Shown piece by piece: positions 45,926 to 58,838 of a stretch of DNA of 64,000 nt; the stretch's first letter is position 1; each line of letters opens with the position of its first letter. The translations under genes were made by a program, and so were the position numbers. The notes under the pieces were generated by a model. The model was given only the letters and a program-made list of their open reading frames with translations, made no database searches and had not been told where the DNA came from. Source of the DNA: Entomortierella parvispora E1425 (taxonomy: Eukaryota > Fungi > Mortierellomycota); contig BQFW01000008.1 of NCBI GenBank assembly GCA_020891255.1, positions 620,001 to 684,000 on the forward strand, in the 5' to 3' direction.

Positions 45926-47615
45926 ATGGTCCAAGCGATGAAGAGAAAGGTTCTCACAGCAACCTTGGTCCTGGTCACAGGCACAGTTCTATTCCACACC
46001 TCCAGCTATATCAACCTACGAGGCCACCAAGTAGAACTCCCTCCCTCCTCCTCCTCCTCCTCCTCCTCCTCCTCGTTCCTATTACACACACCAGCATCAC
46101 CTAATCACCAGCTCCAGGGCGATGATTCTCATGCCCTCCTGCGCAATGTTCAGCCTCTTCCTCCCACGTCTGAGCCCCGTGTTGAAATATCACCGAATCC
46201 TCGGATACAAACCCCACCAGAGGACCAGGGCATCAACTCCAAGATCGACACTGTCGCTGGCTCGACAGTCAGCCACGAGGATGTGCCCAAGCCAGTGACC
46301 CACTTGGATCCATCATGTCGATACCTCGGTTTTTTATCCTATGCTGGTCTCACGAATCAGGCATGTCCCCTTTTTTCTGTGTCAGCAAACAGAAAATGAT
46401 CGTCAGTCCTCTATCTTCAAAGCCTAAAGTGAGAGCAATGATCGTCTAACAGTCTAATTCTTTGCATGGCCGCAATAGTTCATCGCTTTGGAGAACGCCG
46501 CCTATCTTGCCCTGCGACTCAATCGGACTCTTGTCATCCCACCCATGACGACCAACTCCCACGACAACTTCAATTCCAACCAACCTTGGTCCGAAGTCCT
46601 CAATCTCACTCAGTTTACTGAGTTAACAGGAGTTCCAGTCCTGGAGTGGAGTCAAGTTCGGCCCTTGAGCCCTGAGCAGGAAGCGATAGGCCGAGAACAG
46701 GCTCAGCTAGGCTCCCGTTCATTTGCACCTTGGAATCTGTTGGCAGAGGACCTGACCTGTCAAGTCATATACGGCTTTGGAGACTCAGAATCGATTCATA
46801 CTACGGAAAAGACTTTTTTACGTCAGTTCTTGTTCCGACCCAAGTTTGTCCGTCCTCCTGAGAGGGATCCCAAGGCCACCGTCTATGATCGATTAAAGAT
46901 TGGAGCCAAGGACAACCTATTGCTGGAGGATGTGGTGACAATGGATGATCTAGTCGATCGTTACAAAACCTTCACAGAATCGATGCTGTTTTTGAGCCAC
47001 ACGTTCAAGTTGAAGGACCCCTTGGGTAGGCGATCTTGGGACGCGGTCGGCCAACATCTCCACTTTACAGAAAAGATTGACGAGTATGCGACGCGTTTGG
47101 TGAAGAAAAGGGCACCAGAAAGCGGGGAGGATGGCAAGTTCATCGCAGTCCATATTCGGAGAGGAGATATTTGGCAAAAGTGTCGACATTTGCAACATTC
47201 GGAAAGCGATCCTAGCCTGGAGTGCATGGTGCCCTTGGGACGGTATGCAGAGGCCATTGAGAAGGCACAACAATGGGTGATCAAGAACTCCAGTGAAGAA
47301 AGTCAGGAAGGAGGACCTAATCAGCACAGACGGCTCCCAGTTCTCGTGACAACGGATTCCACCTCCAAAAGGGATCACGATATCATGGCGCGTTTGGGTT
47401 GGAGGCGACTGAACCATGACAAATATACGACAGAGGAGGAGATTGGCATCTTTGGGCCAGTCGTGATAGATGCCTGGATCCTTGCAAATGCACATGTCAT
47501 GGTTGGGACAAAAGTGAGCACGATGACTCGAGTAGCTTCCCGTAGACAATGGAGCTGGCATGGCCGTGAGGCTCTATATCCACGGACAAGCCCATCTTGG
47601 GCCCCTCCAGCATAG
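45926..47615 (+). CDS. GDP-fucose O-fucosyltransferase-like protein (PF10250-like), type II membrane; exons 45926-46360, 46479-47615
   Basis: N-terminal TM helix. Spliced GLTNQ|FIALENAAYLALRLNRTLVIPP, plus FIAVHIRRGD, VLVTTDS and IDAWILANAHVMVGTKVSTMT. The intron has a GC donor (CAG|GCATGT). Confidence 0.85.
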
Positions 47616-48061
47616 TAAAATCATCCACATGGCCCAACTATATTAAAGCAAAAAGAAAGGCATAGAACACGATGGAGCCTGGTCGCGCCTCCACCATGTT
47701 TCATGAAGAAGGAAAAAAAAAAAAAGGACTCTTTGGGGGCGGAGCCTTGAATGAACCTCGACTGTTTTGGGCGGATGAGGTTTCTGCCCATGAGTCAAAT
47801 TGGAGTTTTATGTGGCAGGGAGAGGGCTCTATCGACCGCAGCCTGCACGCATCCACTTAGCCTCCAGAAAATTCCCTGCCAATCCTTCCAGCCCTTTCTA
47901 AAAGCAAGTTCACAGAACGCCTCCAGCTCTTTTTCCCTGCTAGGACGTTTTATCTTTTTTATCTTGCGTCCATGTGCACTTGTTTGTGTTCAAGGGTCGA
48001 GATGGGGTGGATGGGTGCACTGTGTTCCGCCTCGCCCCCTTCCCTGTAAGCAGTCCGAATG

Positions 48062-48069
48062 TATAAAAA
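48062..48069 (+). promoter_or_regulatory. Candidate TATA box of VWA gene
   Basis: TATAAAAA about 230 nt upstream of ATG 48293. Confidence 0.4.
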
Positions 48070-48292
48070 AGAGCCCTCTGACCTTCCATTTCTTGTTCTT
48101 TCAACAGACCAACACCCCATTTTCCTTTGTCATCCAAAGAGAAGGACAAAGATATTCTCTTTCAGGACCAGCCATCGAGCATCAAAGAGAACCTCAACAA
48201 GCAGAGCAAGCCAACGCCTAAGACTCTACTCAGTTACCCGACCAAGCAACCAAGCAACCGTCCATTCATCCACCTACCCCAAAAAGAACAGC

Positions 48293-51200
48293 ATGGGTTC
48301 CCTCGAAAGCGACAATGAGTCTCTAAAGAGTACCTCTACTGGAGCCGCCCCCACGGTTGGTTTCTGTCAAGCGTTCCACCCTCTCGAGAACGATGACAAA
48401 GTCACAGTCTTGACCCTTCAATTGCCCCCTGCCTCTGTCTCTTCCTTGACGGCTACTGAGGAGGAGGAAAAGGCCATCGTCCAGCCAGTAGTCAAGGAGA
48501 CCTTCTTCAATATCTGCCTGGATGTTTCGGGATCAATGGCGGGAGCTGCCCTCCGCTGTGCCAAGGAGGCCATGAAGCGCCTGGTGGACCATTTGATCAA
48601 CAACTGTGGTGTCCCCGCGGACCGGATCACCATTTACCTTTTCGCGCACACCTGCCGAGTCCGACGGCTAGGGGGACTCGACGACATTGCATGGATGGAT
48701 TCCATCACTGCTAGTGGAGGTAAGCAACAATATTCCCCAAGGGTTACCACGAGGAGAGCAATGGAAGGTGCCAGAAAGTGAAGGCACAGGGAGGAGGGGC
48801 TGGACCCCTGTTCGCAGCCAGAGGGAAAAAAAAACAAAAAAATGCACTGCCTCTGCAAAAAAGCAGACAGGATGTGATGTGAGCGGCTCTCAGAGCCGAT
48901 GGGGGCAAAATAGCTATTTCTTTTTTTGTCGTTCATGCCTTTCTCATCGCCCAATATCCTTTCTGTTTCCCTTGCTAGGCACCAGCTTTGCGTCCGTGTT
49001 CCGACAGGTCATTGCTCAGACCCAAACACGGATCCAAGAGGTGAGCCAGGACAACGCCGATGTGGCTTCGACCTTGTTCTTCTTCACGGATGGAGAGGAT
49101 ATGGACGCCACCAACTTGTCGACTGCAAAGAACGAGTTTGAACAGTTGCTCAAGGAGACCCCACGGCTAGAGTCGACCGTCCACAGTTTTGGATTCACAG
49201 CTTCGCATGATGCAAAGTTGCTGGGCTGGTTGACCAACGCCGGGTCCGAGAGCGGTTGCTTCCAGTACATTCAAGAGTTGAGTGCGATCGAGACCTCTAT
49301 GTCAAAGACTTTGGACCTCTTGGGCGATTTGGCGATGGTCCAGATGCGCAAGATCGAGATCAGGGACGACGAGACCAGAGGATCAACGGGCGATGAGACT
49401 GAACAAGGAGTATCCTCGCAGCAGGTGGACAACAGCTGGATCCCTGTGAAGTTGGAGGCAGATGGATTGACGGGATCCGTGGTTCTGCGCGACCGAGTCT
49501 TCAACGGAAAGACAATCCAGTGGCGAGAGTATCAAGGTGGCCCCCCCTCAGGCGACGATCTTGTGGCCACTGCCTCGGCTGCACCTGTTCATGAAATCGA
49601 GGTCGAGTGGTTGCCCGAGGCGGATGGTCGTCGAATCCTAAGCATGGCCAACTATATCCAGCCCGAGCTTTTGCGCCTGGTCGAGCGCATCAACCAGGTC
49701 AATGCTAGCACGCGGACCGCGGAGGAGAAGCGATCCGAGATGCGCGAGATTGATGCCGAGACTGAAGCTTATGGCAAGACCTTGGGTATCATGTCCTCGA
49801 CCTCGGTTCGTCTCAAGAACAAGGTTCAGCGCGAATCTTGTATGATTGCATGCCAAAAAACGCGATCTCTTTTGCAGTCTTTCTTGACCCTCAAGGCCGA
49901 CGCCCATAAGCAAGGATCCATCTCCAACACCAGTCTCGCGACCTTCAACGCCCTCGCCTATGGGCAGATCAACGAATCTAAGCTCAAGGCGAAGCTGGAT
50001 GCCCGTGCTGGAAAGAACATGTCCTTGTTTGCGGAGCTGGACGAGAAGGTCTCCAAGATCGTCCAGGGTTTGGATCTTGACAAGCTGGAGGCTGAGACGC
50101 CCGAGGAGACTCTCCGAGAGCTGTCGTGTGCTTTCTCGACCAACAGTTTTGTCGATGCATTGAGGGAGGAAGATTGCTTGTGCATGACATTGGACGTGTC
50201 CAGGAGCGTGAGTGCCATTGCTGACCCCTCCCAGATGGTGATCAAGTCCATTTTCCCCACCTATTTGACGTCGTCCATGTTCACGATGGCGTTGGGACAT
50301 TCGCTGGCGACCAATACCCCCGAGAATGTGCACGGCGGTTTCGACAGAAACATTGATGCCAGTATCGCTCCTGGACTTGCTCACGAGAGCATCACGGCCG
50401 TATTGCCGTTGTATATTAACGAGGATCATTGGAAGGTGGCAAGACTTCGAATGAAGGTAAACATTGCGTTCTTTGTTGATGTATTCATTGACACTGTGAA
50501 CAAAAAAAAAAAAAAATCCCGATTTTAATCCAATTTTGGTCAATTTCCTTCACAATCTAGCCTATCATGGGATACGTCGTCACCCTGGATGCGACAGGAT
50601 ACACGTACAGTCAGTCGACCACAGTCCCCTTCTTGGTCCTGATCAAGGCTCTCGAGTCCCATCCCATGACAGAGTTCAAGCAGCGCCAGATCCAGCTGAT
50701 CCTCCAGACCTGCGATGCGATCTACCGTGGCTCTCAATCCCTTCGCGAGAACACAAAGAAGCTGGTGGAGGGCTTTGTCACGTCCCACACCCTGCGTACC
50801 GTTGATGTTGTTAATAACGTCTATGTTTTGATTGCCCACGCGATCTGTGCCGTTCGAGCTGGCGATATTTCGATTGAGGAAATTCGTCAGTGGATGCCCA
50901 AGCTCGAAGTGTTCATGGTAGAGGAGCAGATTCGCCGTGACATGACCTGGAAGGTCACGGAGGACCTCATGGGTGACGTCAAGGACTGGTTCGGCATTGA
51001 TCACCAGCGTGATGTCTACCAGCCTGGAGTTGTTTACCGCCAAAAGTACGCAGCTTACACGGCGGCCCTGGATAGACAGGGTGCTGATGCTGGAGCTGAG
51101 AACGTTTACCGTGAACTGTTCAAGAAGACTCGAGCGGAGCAAAACCTCAGGACCACTATTGAGCCAAAGGAAGCGGAGGCCGTCATCGAGGCAGCATCGG

Positions 51201-52468
51201 CCCTCTCCATTGCAGATGAGCCCTTGACTGCTCCCGAGTTTGAGGTCCCTACCTTTGACTGCGTGGCCTGGAAGATGTCTAAGGACTCTTTGGATCGATT
51301 GGGAAAGATTCAGGGTGCAGTGTCGCATGGTGTGGATAAGATCTGCCGTCTCTTGAACGTCGCTCATTCTCCAATGGATGATGTTCTCTTTTCCGAGGTA
51401 CTACCCACTCGCTTGGGTACAAAGCCTCCTTTCCAGCTCGCGGACGAATTCTTTGCCAAGTATTCGCCCAAGATTCGGTTGGCGACTCTGCTCCAGTCGT
51501 TTGCCCACACCAAGAACTCGGATCGTCGGTCGGCTGAGGATCTCATGACTCCATTCGAGCACACCTTGTCAGAGGGAGAGGAGACCCTAGGGGATAGTGA
51601 AGATGATGAGGCGATCCAGTTTTTGTCCTCTATTCAGCAAGGAAAGATGTACCAGATGATCAACGAGGTCGTGGTCCAAGCAGAGTCCGATTATCTGGAG
51701 TCCAGGAAGAACGCGACTGTTGGCATCTTTTTGAGGACAGATGACCCATATGTGGCGGCAGGCATCTTGATCGAATCCAAGTTCAGAGGTGGAGCTGGAG
51801 GTCGACTGGTCACAGCATGTGCGCAGTTGAGCATGCAGTTGCCAAAAATCAAGATCCAGATGCTCGTCAATGGTACCCACGAAGGCGTGCAGCTATTCTC
51901 CGACTCGGGTAAGGATATTTTTTCTTTTGATTGTTTGACAGTGCAAGATGTTTGAGCATCTGCTGCTCGAGAATACTCACTTTTAGCATCTTTTGTATCG
52001 GTCTTTAGTCGCGTCCAGCAGATGGTACCCCTGCAAGCGGACGTTGTACCGGATGTTCCGCAACCACCACGACGCTTTCTCTCTGGAGGAATGGTATGTT
52101 GAAAGCCCTTAAGGGGCCTTTGACTTTGTTTCATTTTTTGAGCAAAGTTCGAGTGGTTTGCTGGCATTTAATGTTGGAGAATAATGTGCGAGAGGAGAAG
52201 GGGAAGGAGGGGGATGTTGGCAATATACCCATATACCCAGGCATTCTGTCCCAATGCAATCTTGAACTGACCGAGTTCCCCCTCAACATCCCATTCTGTG
52301 GATAAAAACTATACTTTTAGGCGTGGTATGCATCCTAACAAATACGAAGACTATGTGTCCTGCCGCTACGTGTTCGACGGATGCAAGGGCGAGTTGACTC
52401 TGGAGGAGCAGCAGCTCGTCGAGGAGTGTTTCCGTCGCAAGTACGGCGACCGCAGAGTTGTCGCTTAG
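48293..52468 (+). CDS. Large VWA-domain protein, about 1161 aa; exons 48293-48719, 48979-50456, 50561-51908, 52009-52093, 52321-52468
   Basis: Complete MIDAS motif: DVSGS, G|GTSF (across the splice) and FFTDGED. All five exons join in frame; the summed length of 3486 nt is divisible by 3. Confidence 0.85.
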
Positions 52469-53652
52469 TTCTTCAAGATATGGTGTTTAGAATAAAGAGT
52501 TGGCGTATTCACCTGTATCGTTCCTGGGAAGATGACGCGTGCAAATGCAACTGAACATCGACAAGAGATATCGAGGAGAGGCGAATGCATTGGCCAGATC
52601 AAGCTTTGCTTCTTTGTCATTCACAGTGGCGTGCTCTTCTCAGATCGGATTGCCCAGCTGTGCAACGTCCTGTCGATGGATCTTCGAACAGATCCTCTCC
52701 TGTCCAAAATCGAACGGGATGAAGAGCATTCAAGTTGTTTTTTGTGCCGAAGGCTCGAACAGTGCGCAGGCCGACGTCGGGGATCGTACTGTTCCCAACG
52801 AAATAAAAAAAAAGAGTCTGTGCCAGGAGACAGAGTCGGACCGATCGGTCGAATGAGACCGAATCCACGGACACGTCCTTCATTTTTTATATGGTTGGAT
52901 CTCCCCATCCAGACTCGGCCCGAGCCATTCACAGGGGCGATCAAGGCCGACCCATCCTAGTGAAAAAGAAAGAGGAGAGGGGACGATGATGATGATGATG
53001 AACATGATGCCGACAAGCAGCAAGGTCAGCGATGATGTGATGCCCTCCCTCCCTCCCTCGCTCCCACATGTCAATTGGGCGAAAAGGGAAGGGCAGACGA
53101 GAGAAAATACCAGCGTGTTCTCTGTCCAGTGAGTTTCTTTGTCATTCATTGGGTGACAACGTACCCCACGTTCTGCGCTTTCTAGTTTTTTTTCTTTCTG
53201 GTTTTCTTTGGACGTGCTCACACTCTTGATCACTCCTACTCGTTCCCCTACCTCTTCTTCCCTTCTTGGACTTCCCGTCCGCCCTCGACCCAGTTTACTG
53301 GTATAAATAAATCGCCTAGCCTCTTCTCTTCTTTTTTCCTCTCTTTTTTTTTTGCTTCACTCTTCTGCCATTCTTTCGTCCTGTTTCTTGTTCCTCTCCA
53401 CTCCCTCCCATTCTCTCAACTCTTCTGGATCCTTCTTCCAACCCCTCCCCACTCTTCTACCCTTCGGATATCCCCCTTCCCTGATCTGATCCGTTTCACG
53501 GCCCTCAGCGTCGATCCAATTACTAGACCGGAGAACACTAGATTTCTTTATTTGCCAGAAATCTCATATACCAACAACAGAAACTCGACCTCTTCCAACC
53601 TCTTCCAACCACAGAACAACAACGTAAAAAAACTCCCCGTAATTGTTCAGCC

Positions 53653-55680
53653 ATGGCCGCCAGAGAAAGGAAGTCTCCCTTGACCAACCTGATCGCAGGT
53701 GGATCTGCAGGATTCATGGAAGCATTGATCTGTCATCCCTTGGATACCATCAAAGTCCGCATGCAATTGGCCAAGAATGTCCCGAGAAACGCAGGAGTAA
53801 GTCCCCTACCCTTCCTTGTCCCTCCTTTTTTTCTTTCTGCTTCCTTTCTATGCTTTTTTTTTTTTTTTTTTTTTTTTTTTGTTCTTCTACTGCCGCCCAT
53901 CGAAGGAGAAGACCCGGGAAAGAAAAAATCAGGAGGGAAGGGGGGGAGACCCTGGACAGTAGACATGCTGTGTGCTTTGCAGGAATGAGAATGCCTCATC
54001 CCATGGACCATGGAGTGGGTTCGACATGGACCCTAGATGAAGGGGGTGCAGCAAAGAGATGGCAGTGGGTTCAGGAACGTTAAAAAAAAAAAAAAAAAAA
54101 AAAATTCTGGGGAAATCAGGGCTCAGCTGGGGAAACAGGAACACGACAATTTGCACTTCTAAAAAAAAAAATCATAGGAATCCTATTCTTGCAAGCACCC
54201 TTGTGCGAGCAGGCAGAGATCTTTGCAGTGGACAGACAGAGGTTCTCATCATCGGGATACGATGGGCAGTGGATAAAGACAGTGCAACAAAGTGACAACG
54301 AAAGATGTCTATTGAGCACTTCAGCCGACAATCCTTCATGATCTTCGTGACTAACGGTTATACTTTTTTCATTCGTCCTTTCTTGTGAACCGTTTCTAGG
54401 GAGCCAAGGCACCATCATTCCTGAGCGTCGGTTTGCGTATCATTCAGAGAGAGTCGCCATTAGCCCTGTACAAGGGTCTGGGAGCCGTGACAGCCGGCAT
54501 TGTGCCCAAGATGGCGATCCGATTCACGACCTTCCAGTTTTACAAGGACATGATGGTCGACAAAAACGGCAAGGCCTGGAAGACCAACAATTTGTGGGGT
54601 AAGTTCATTGTGTGGACAGAGAGGTGAACCCAAAAGGGCTTTTTCATTTTTTTTGAATTGTAAATTGGTCACCACAAAAAGATTCTTTGCGTTGGTGGCC
54701 CAAGTCCGCGCTGGAGAAGGCAAAAAGTGGGGGGTGGAAATGAGCAGCTTGTGTAGCCCTTCTCAGTTATACTTTGAGTGGGCGACACAACCCAAAAAAA
54801 AAAAAAAAAAAAAAAAAGAGAGGCAAGGAGGCAAGGAGTTCGTTGGCGAGGCGATGGGAAAAAAAAAGACGTGCTTGGTGAGCACAATTTTTTTTTTTTT
54901 TTTTTTTTACTTTCCCACGCTGGCTCAAATATGATTTTTTTTAATTTTATTGTTGTGGACCGCCCTCCTCCATCGCCGTTTTCTCTTGGGTCTTTCGTCC
55001 GCACAACTCCTTAACTGTTCCTAGCCCCAAGGACTAACACCCAAAACGCTCTCTATCCATCTCATCTCGTTTTAGCCGGTTTGCTCGCTGGTGTGACCGA
55101 GGCCGTTTTGGTCGTCACCCCCATGGACGTTGTCAAGATCCGTCTTCAGGCCCAGCGGCACTCGATGGCCGATCCTTTGGATGTGCCAAAGTACCGTAAC
55201 GCCGCCCACTGCGCCTTCACCGTCGTTCGCGAGGAGGGTTTCGGAGCTCTGTACAGAGGAGTCGGTTTGACCTCTTTGCGTCAAGCCAGTAACCAGGCCG
55301 CCAACTTCCCCACCTACCATTTCTTGAAGGGTTACCTTCAGCGTCTCCAGGATATCACAGAGTTGCCCGGCTACCAATCCGCCACCATTGGTTTGATCTC
55401 GGGTGCCATGGGTCCCTTGGTCAACAACCCCATTGATATTGTCAAGACCCGTATTCAAAGGACCCCCAACCCCGAGGGCTTGAGCGGCTGGGCTCGTTTC
55501 ACGGAAGTGAACGGCTCAATTTTGAAGAATGAGGGCTGGAGAGCCTTTTACAAGGGTGTCACCCCTCGCGTCTTGCGTGTGGCTCCTGGTCAGGCCGTTA
55601 CCTTTGCAGTCTATGAGCGTGTTTCCAGCTGGTTGGATAGCAACTCGGACCGCTTCAAGATCGCCGCGCTCGCTAAATAG
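53653..55680 (+). CDS. SFC1: Mitochondrial succinate-fumarate carrier; exons 53653-53796, 54400-54598, 55076-55680
   Basis: Three PxDxxKxRxQ carrier repeats. CHPLDTIKVRMQL, LYKGLGAV..GIVPKMAIRF and VTPMDVVKIRLQAQRHSMADPLDVPKYRNAAH are characteristic of SFC1/ACR1. Confidence 0.92.
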
Positions 55681-55916
55681 ATGTCCGCACCCGTTCTTTT
55701 GTTTTAATCTGCTTATTTTTTTTTGCACGCATGGCTACCTTTTGTCCACATTTCCACTTCACTTCATCCCATCGCCCCATTTTCATCATACATTAAAGGA
55801 AAAACAAAACAAAACAAAAACAAAGCGACTTTCAATGGCCTCTCCTCTCCTGTCATTATTCAACAGTCTGGGGACACATGGAGAGCTTGAGCAATTGAAC
55901 ACTAGTGTGCCTTGTT

Positions 55917-57175
55917 TTATTCAATCTCATGACTAAGATCATCCTTGGTTCCTGGAACCTTGTGATCCGCCGGATTGGCCTGCAGTTCGTACACAGTGAT
56001 GATGGGGTCGCGCTTGAACTGTTGTCAATTCCAAATATGAAAGGGTTAGTGAAGGAACATCCGATCACCCCTGATGTGCCTCGCTTGCAAGCTGCAGCTC
56101 TACATCCTGTCATGGTCCAAAGTCGTACCTCTGAGAATTCTCCCTTGAGTCCAATGAAGCTGATCCGTGTAGTATCGCCACCAAAGTTTTCGCCAAAAAA
56201 CAAAGTCAAGCTGCGAATGCTCGAGAACTTGGCCACCCTGTTCAATGCCATGCAGTAGAGAGAGAGAGAGAGAGAGAGATTAGTGCCAGATAGCTTGGTG
56301 AAAAAGCAGCAATCAGTGTCAGGATGATATCATGGTAGTCGTTGTTCATCCGTTTACCTTGTCGAGTACTCGGCTACTTGTCCATGGGTATCCTCGACCA
56401 AATCCCACTCCTGGGTTGCTGTTGTTGACTCTGCACTGTCAAAGTCCAAATCGTCTCTGTTAACAAATCTGAGGATGAAGGGAGAAAAAAAAAAAGGAAA
56501 AAAAAGGACGACAATGTTTAGTGTGAAGGAGCGCTGAGAATGGTCTCCAGCATCAAGGTAGTGGTTCAGGCAACGATTCTTACGCCTTCATCTTTTTTGG
56601 TGCAGTCTCGCCTGGTTCGGATCGGAGGGTGATAGACTTTAGCTTGACCATCCCCGTAAATCTAGTCAGCGGACGAATGAGAGATATCTTTTGTTCAGTC
56701 GCTCGCCTTGATCATTTGTCATATGGCCACATTGCTTCTCAGGAGATTACTCACGGGATTCTCATGATAAGTTGTTCGTCAGCATCACTCTCGAGGATCT
56801 AATCAAGGTATGGAAATGTCAATGTTGAGCGATCCAAGTTCCATATCGCCCAAATAAAACTAGAGTTCTAGACCTGCCATAGTGAACATGCACCAGTGTC
56901 ATCCCAGATCGAGCTGCATGTGCAGTTTTTCCGCAAATATTTACCTTGGTATCGTCCATTTTCTCGTGCCAGGGCTTGAGAACATCTCTGCCCTGGCCCA
57001 ATTCAGTCTCGTTCAGGCAGACAACGTTGTCGTGGTCGATACGTTGATAGAGAGACTCGTGAACAAGGTCTGAATCAGGTGCCTCGTCGTGGTCATGGTC
57101 GTGGTCATCGTGTCCATGATGACCATGTCCATGTCCGTGTCCGTGTGCGTGTGCTTCGTCGTGGCAGTGGCTCAT
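55917..57175 (-). CDS. PITHD1: PITH-domain protein with His-rich N-terminus, multi-exon
   Basis: SLYQRIDHDNVVCLNE, LESDADEQLIMRIPFTGMVKLKSI, FFGENFGGDTTRISFIGLKGEF and YELQANPADHK. Confidence 0.9.
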
Positions 57176-57772
57176 TGTTGTGTGTGAATGTTGAATGACG
57201 CGTTTGTGGGAAACAAAAGAGAAGACATGCATGCATGCAACTTTGAGTCTCTTGCAACCAAGCGGCCTTTGAAAATAGCACGTGATCAAAAGAGCGGGTG
57301 GCTTTGATTATTGTAGAATAAGAACTTGGGAGCTCTGCCGGTCAGTTTGATCTTCCTTTTCACTTATCCAAAAGAAGGTGTGTGCACCCTCCAGGATCCA
57401 ACCGCCATCCGATCCATCCATCATCAGGAGTTCGTCCATCCATCCATCCAGACTCAAGGATCAGCACTCTAGCAGCAACGGATTACTTTTGTCGAGTGAG
57501 CGATCACATCAATTGCTCTCCCCAAAAGTTTTCTCCAGTCAACCGTCGTCGTTGGCAAGATCAGCATCTGGATTCTTTTTTTTCAGCAAGATCTTGTGAT
57601 CCTCATGAGGATTCTCAGCTACTACTGCAACGAGTTCTTTTATCCAACGACAACAACAATAGCAACCACTCGACTCTACATCAATGGATTCAACGACCAG
57701 GATTCGCTTGGATGTAACAAGATTTCAGACGTCTGATCAATATTCTCTTCATCTTCCAAACCATTAGACAAA

Positions 57773-58387
57773 ATGGGAGCTTACAAGTACCTCGAGGAGT
57801 TGGCCAAGAAGAAGCAGTCGGATGTTATGCGTTTCTTGCTTCGCGTTCGCTGCTGGGAGTACCGCCAGTTGAACGTCATCCACCGCGCTTCCCGCCCTTC
57901 GCGCCCCGATAAGGCCCGTCGTTTGGGATACAAGGCCAAGCAGGGTTACGTTATCTACCGTATCCGTGTTCGTCGTGGTGGTCGCAAAAAGCCCGTCGCC
58001 AAGGGTGCCACCTTCGGCAAGCCCGGTGGACATGGTGTTAACCAGCTCAAGTACCAGCGTTCCCTCCAGGCCACCGCCGAGGAGCGTGTTGGCCGCAAGT
58101 GCGGAAACTTGCGTGTCCTCAACTCGTACTGGGTTAACCAGGACTCGACCTACAAGTACTTCGAGGTCATCTTGGTCGATCCTTCCCACAAGGCTATCCG
58201 CCGCGATGCCCGCATCAACTGGATCGTCAACCCCGTCCACAAGCGTCGTGAGGCCCGCGGTCTTACCTCCGCCACCAAGAAGAACCGTGGTTTCGGAAAG
58301 GGTCACGGCTTCCACAAGACCATTGGTTCCGGTCGTCGTGCCAACTGGAAGAGACGCAACACTCTCTCCCTCCGCCGCTACCGTTAA
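57773..58387 (+). CDS. RPL15: 60S ribosomal protein L15
   Basis: 204-aa [35 protein letters not shown]...[11 protein letters not shown], a near-canonical eL15. Confidence 0.99.
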   Translation: MGAYKYLEELAKKKQSDVMRFLLRVRCWEYRQLNVIHRASRPSRPDKARRLGYKAKQGYVIYRIRVRRGGRKKPVAKGATFGKPGGHGVNQLKYQRSLQATAEERVGRKCGNLRVLNSYWVNQDSTYKYFEVILVDPSHKAIRRDARINWIVNPVHKRREARGLTSATKKNRGFGKGHGFHKTIGSGRRANWKRRNTLSLRRYR

Positions 58388-58838
58388 AGGGTTTCTTAGA
58401 AACCCCTTTGTGGCGTGGATGGGTGGGTTGCTGGATTATTTCGTCAGGACTCCTGTCAGGATGTTATGAAAATAAAAGCTCACCTTCTGCTCAAAATAAC
58501 CTACTGGATACTGGATACACTGGATTGATTGATATATGAACATGCAGGCGCCAGACAGTTGCATGATGGATGTGGGCTTTGTGCACAGGCCAAAAAGCAA
58601 ATTTTCTAGAAAACTTGGGCGAAGCAAGTGGCTTTTAGGGGACAGATGGTCTATGTTTTGACCCAGAATCTACTGTTGGCTTCCTCACCATGTTATTATT
58701 CAAAGTTCAAGAAAACAATAATGATGGAGGCAAAAGTGCAATAGGGATCTCATGACGGTTCACCTTGGACTCTTATATCCGAGTCTGGGTATCTTGTTTT
58801 GATTAGGAGCATGCTCGGGAGTTCTATCTCTAGCTTTT

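Noticed and set aside
49638-51367. 301-aa and 275-aa minus-strand ORFs
   Set aside because: Antisense to the VWA gene exons.
57600-57740. Possible C/D snoRNA in the RPL15 leader intron (ATGAGGA ... CTGA), with GTAACAAGATTTC resembling the 18S 3' end
   Set aside because: The C box is imperfect, the terminal stem is weak, the CTGA sits at the likely branch point, and the rRNA resemblance is in the sense orientation, so it cannot be a guide.
57764-58315. 183-aa ORF antisense to RPL15
   Set aside because: Typical shadow ORF of a highly biased ribosomal protein gene.
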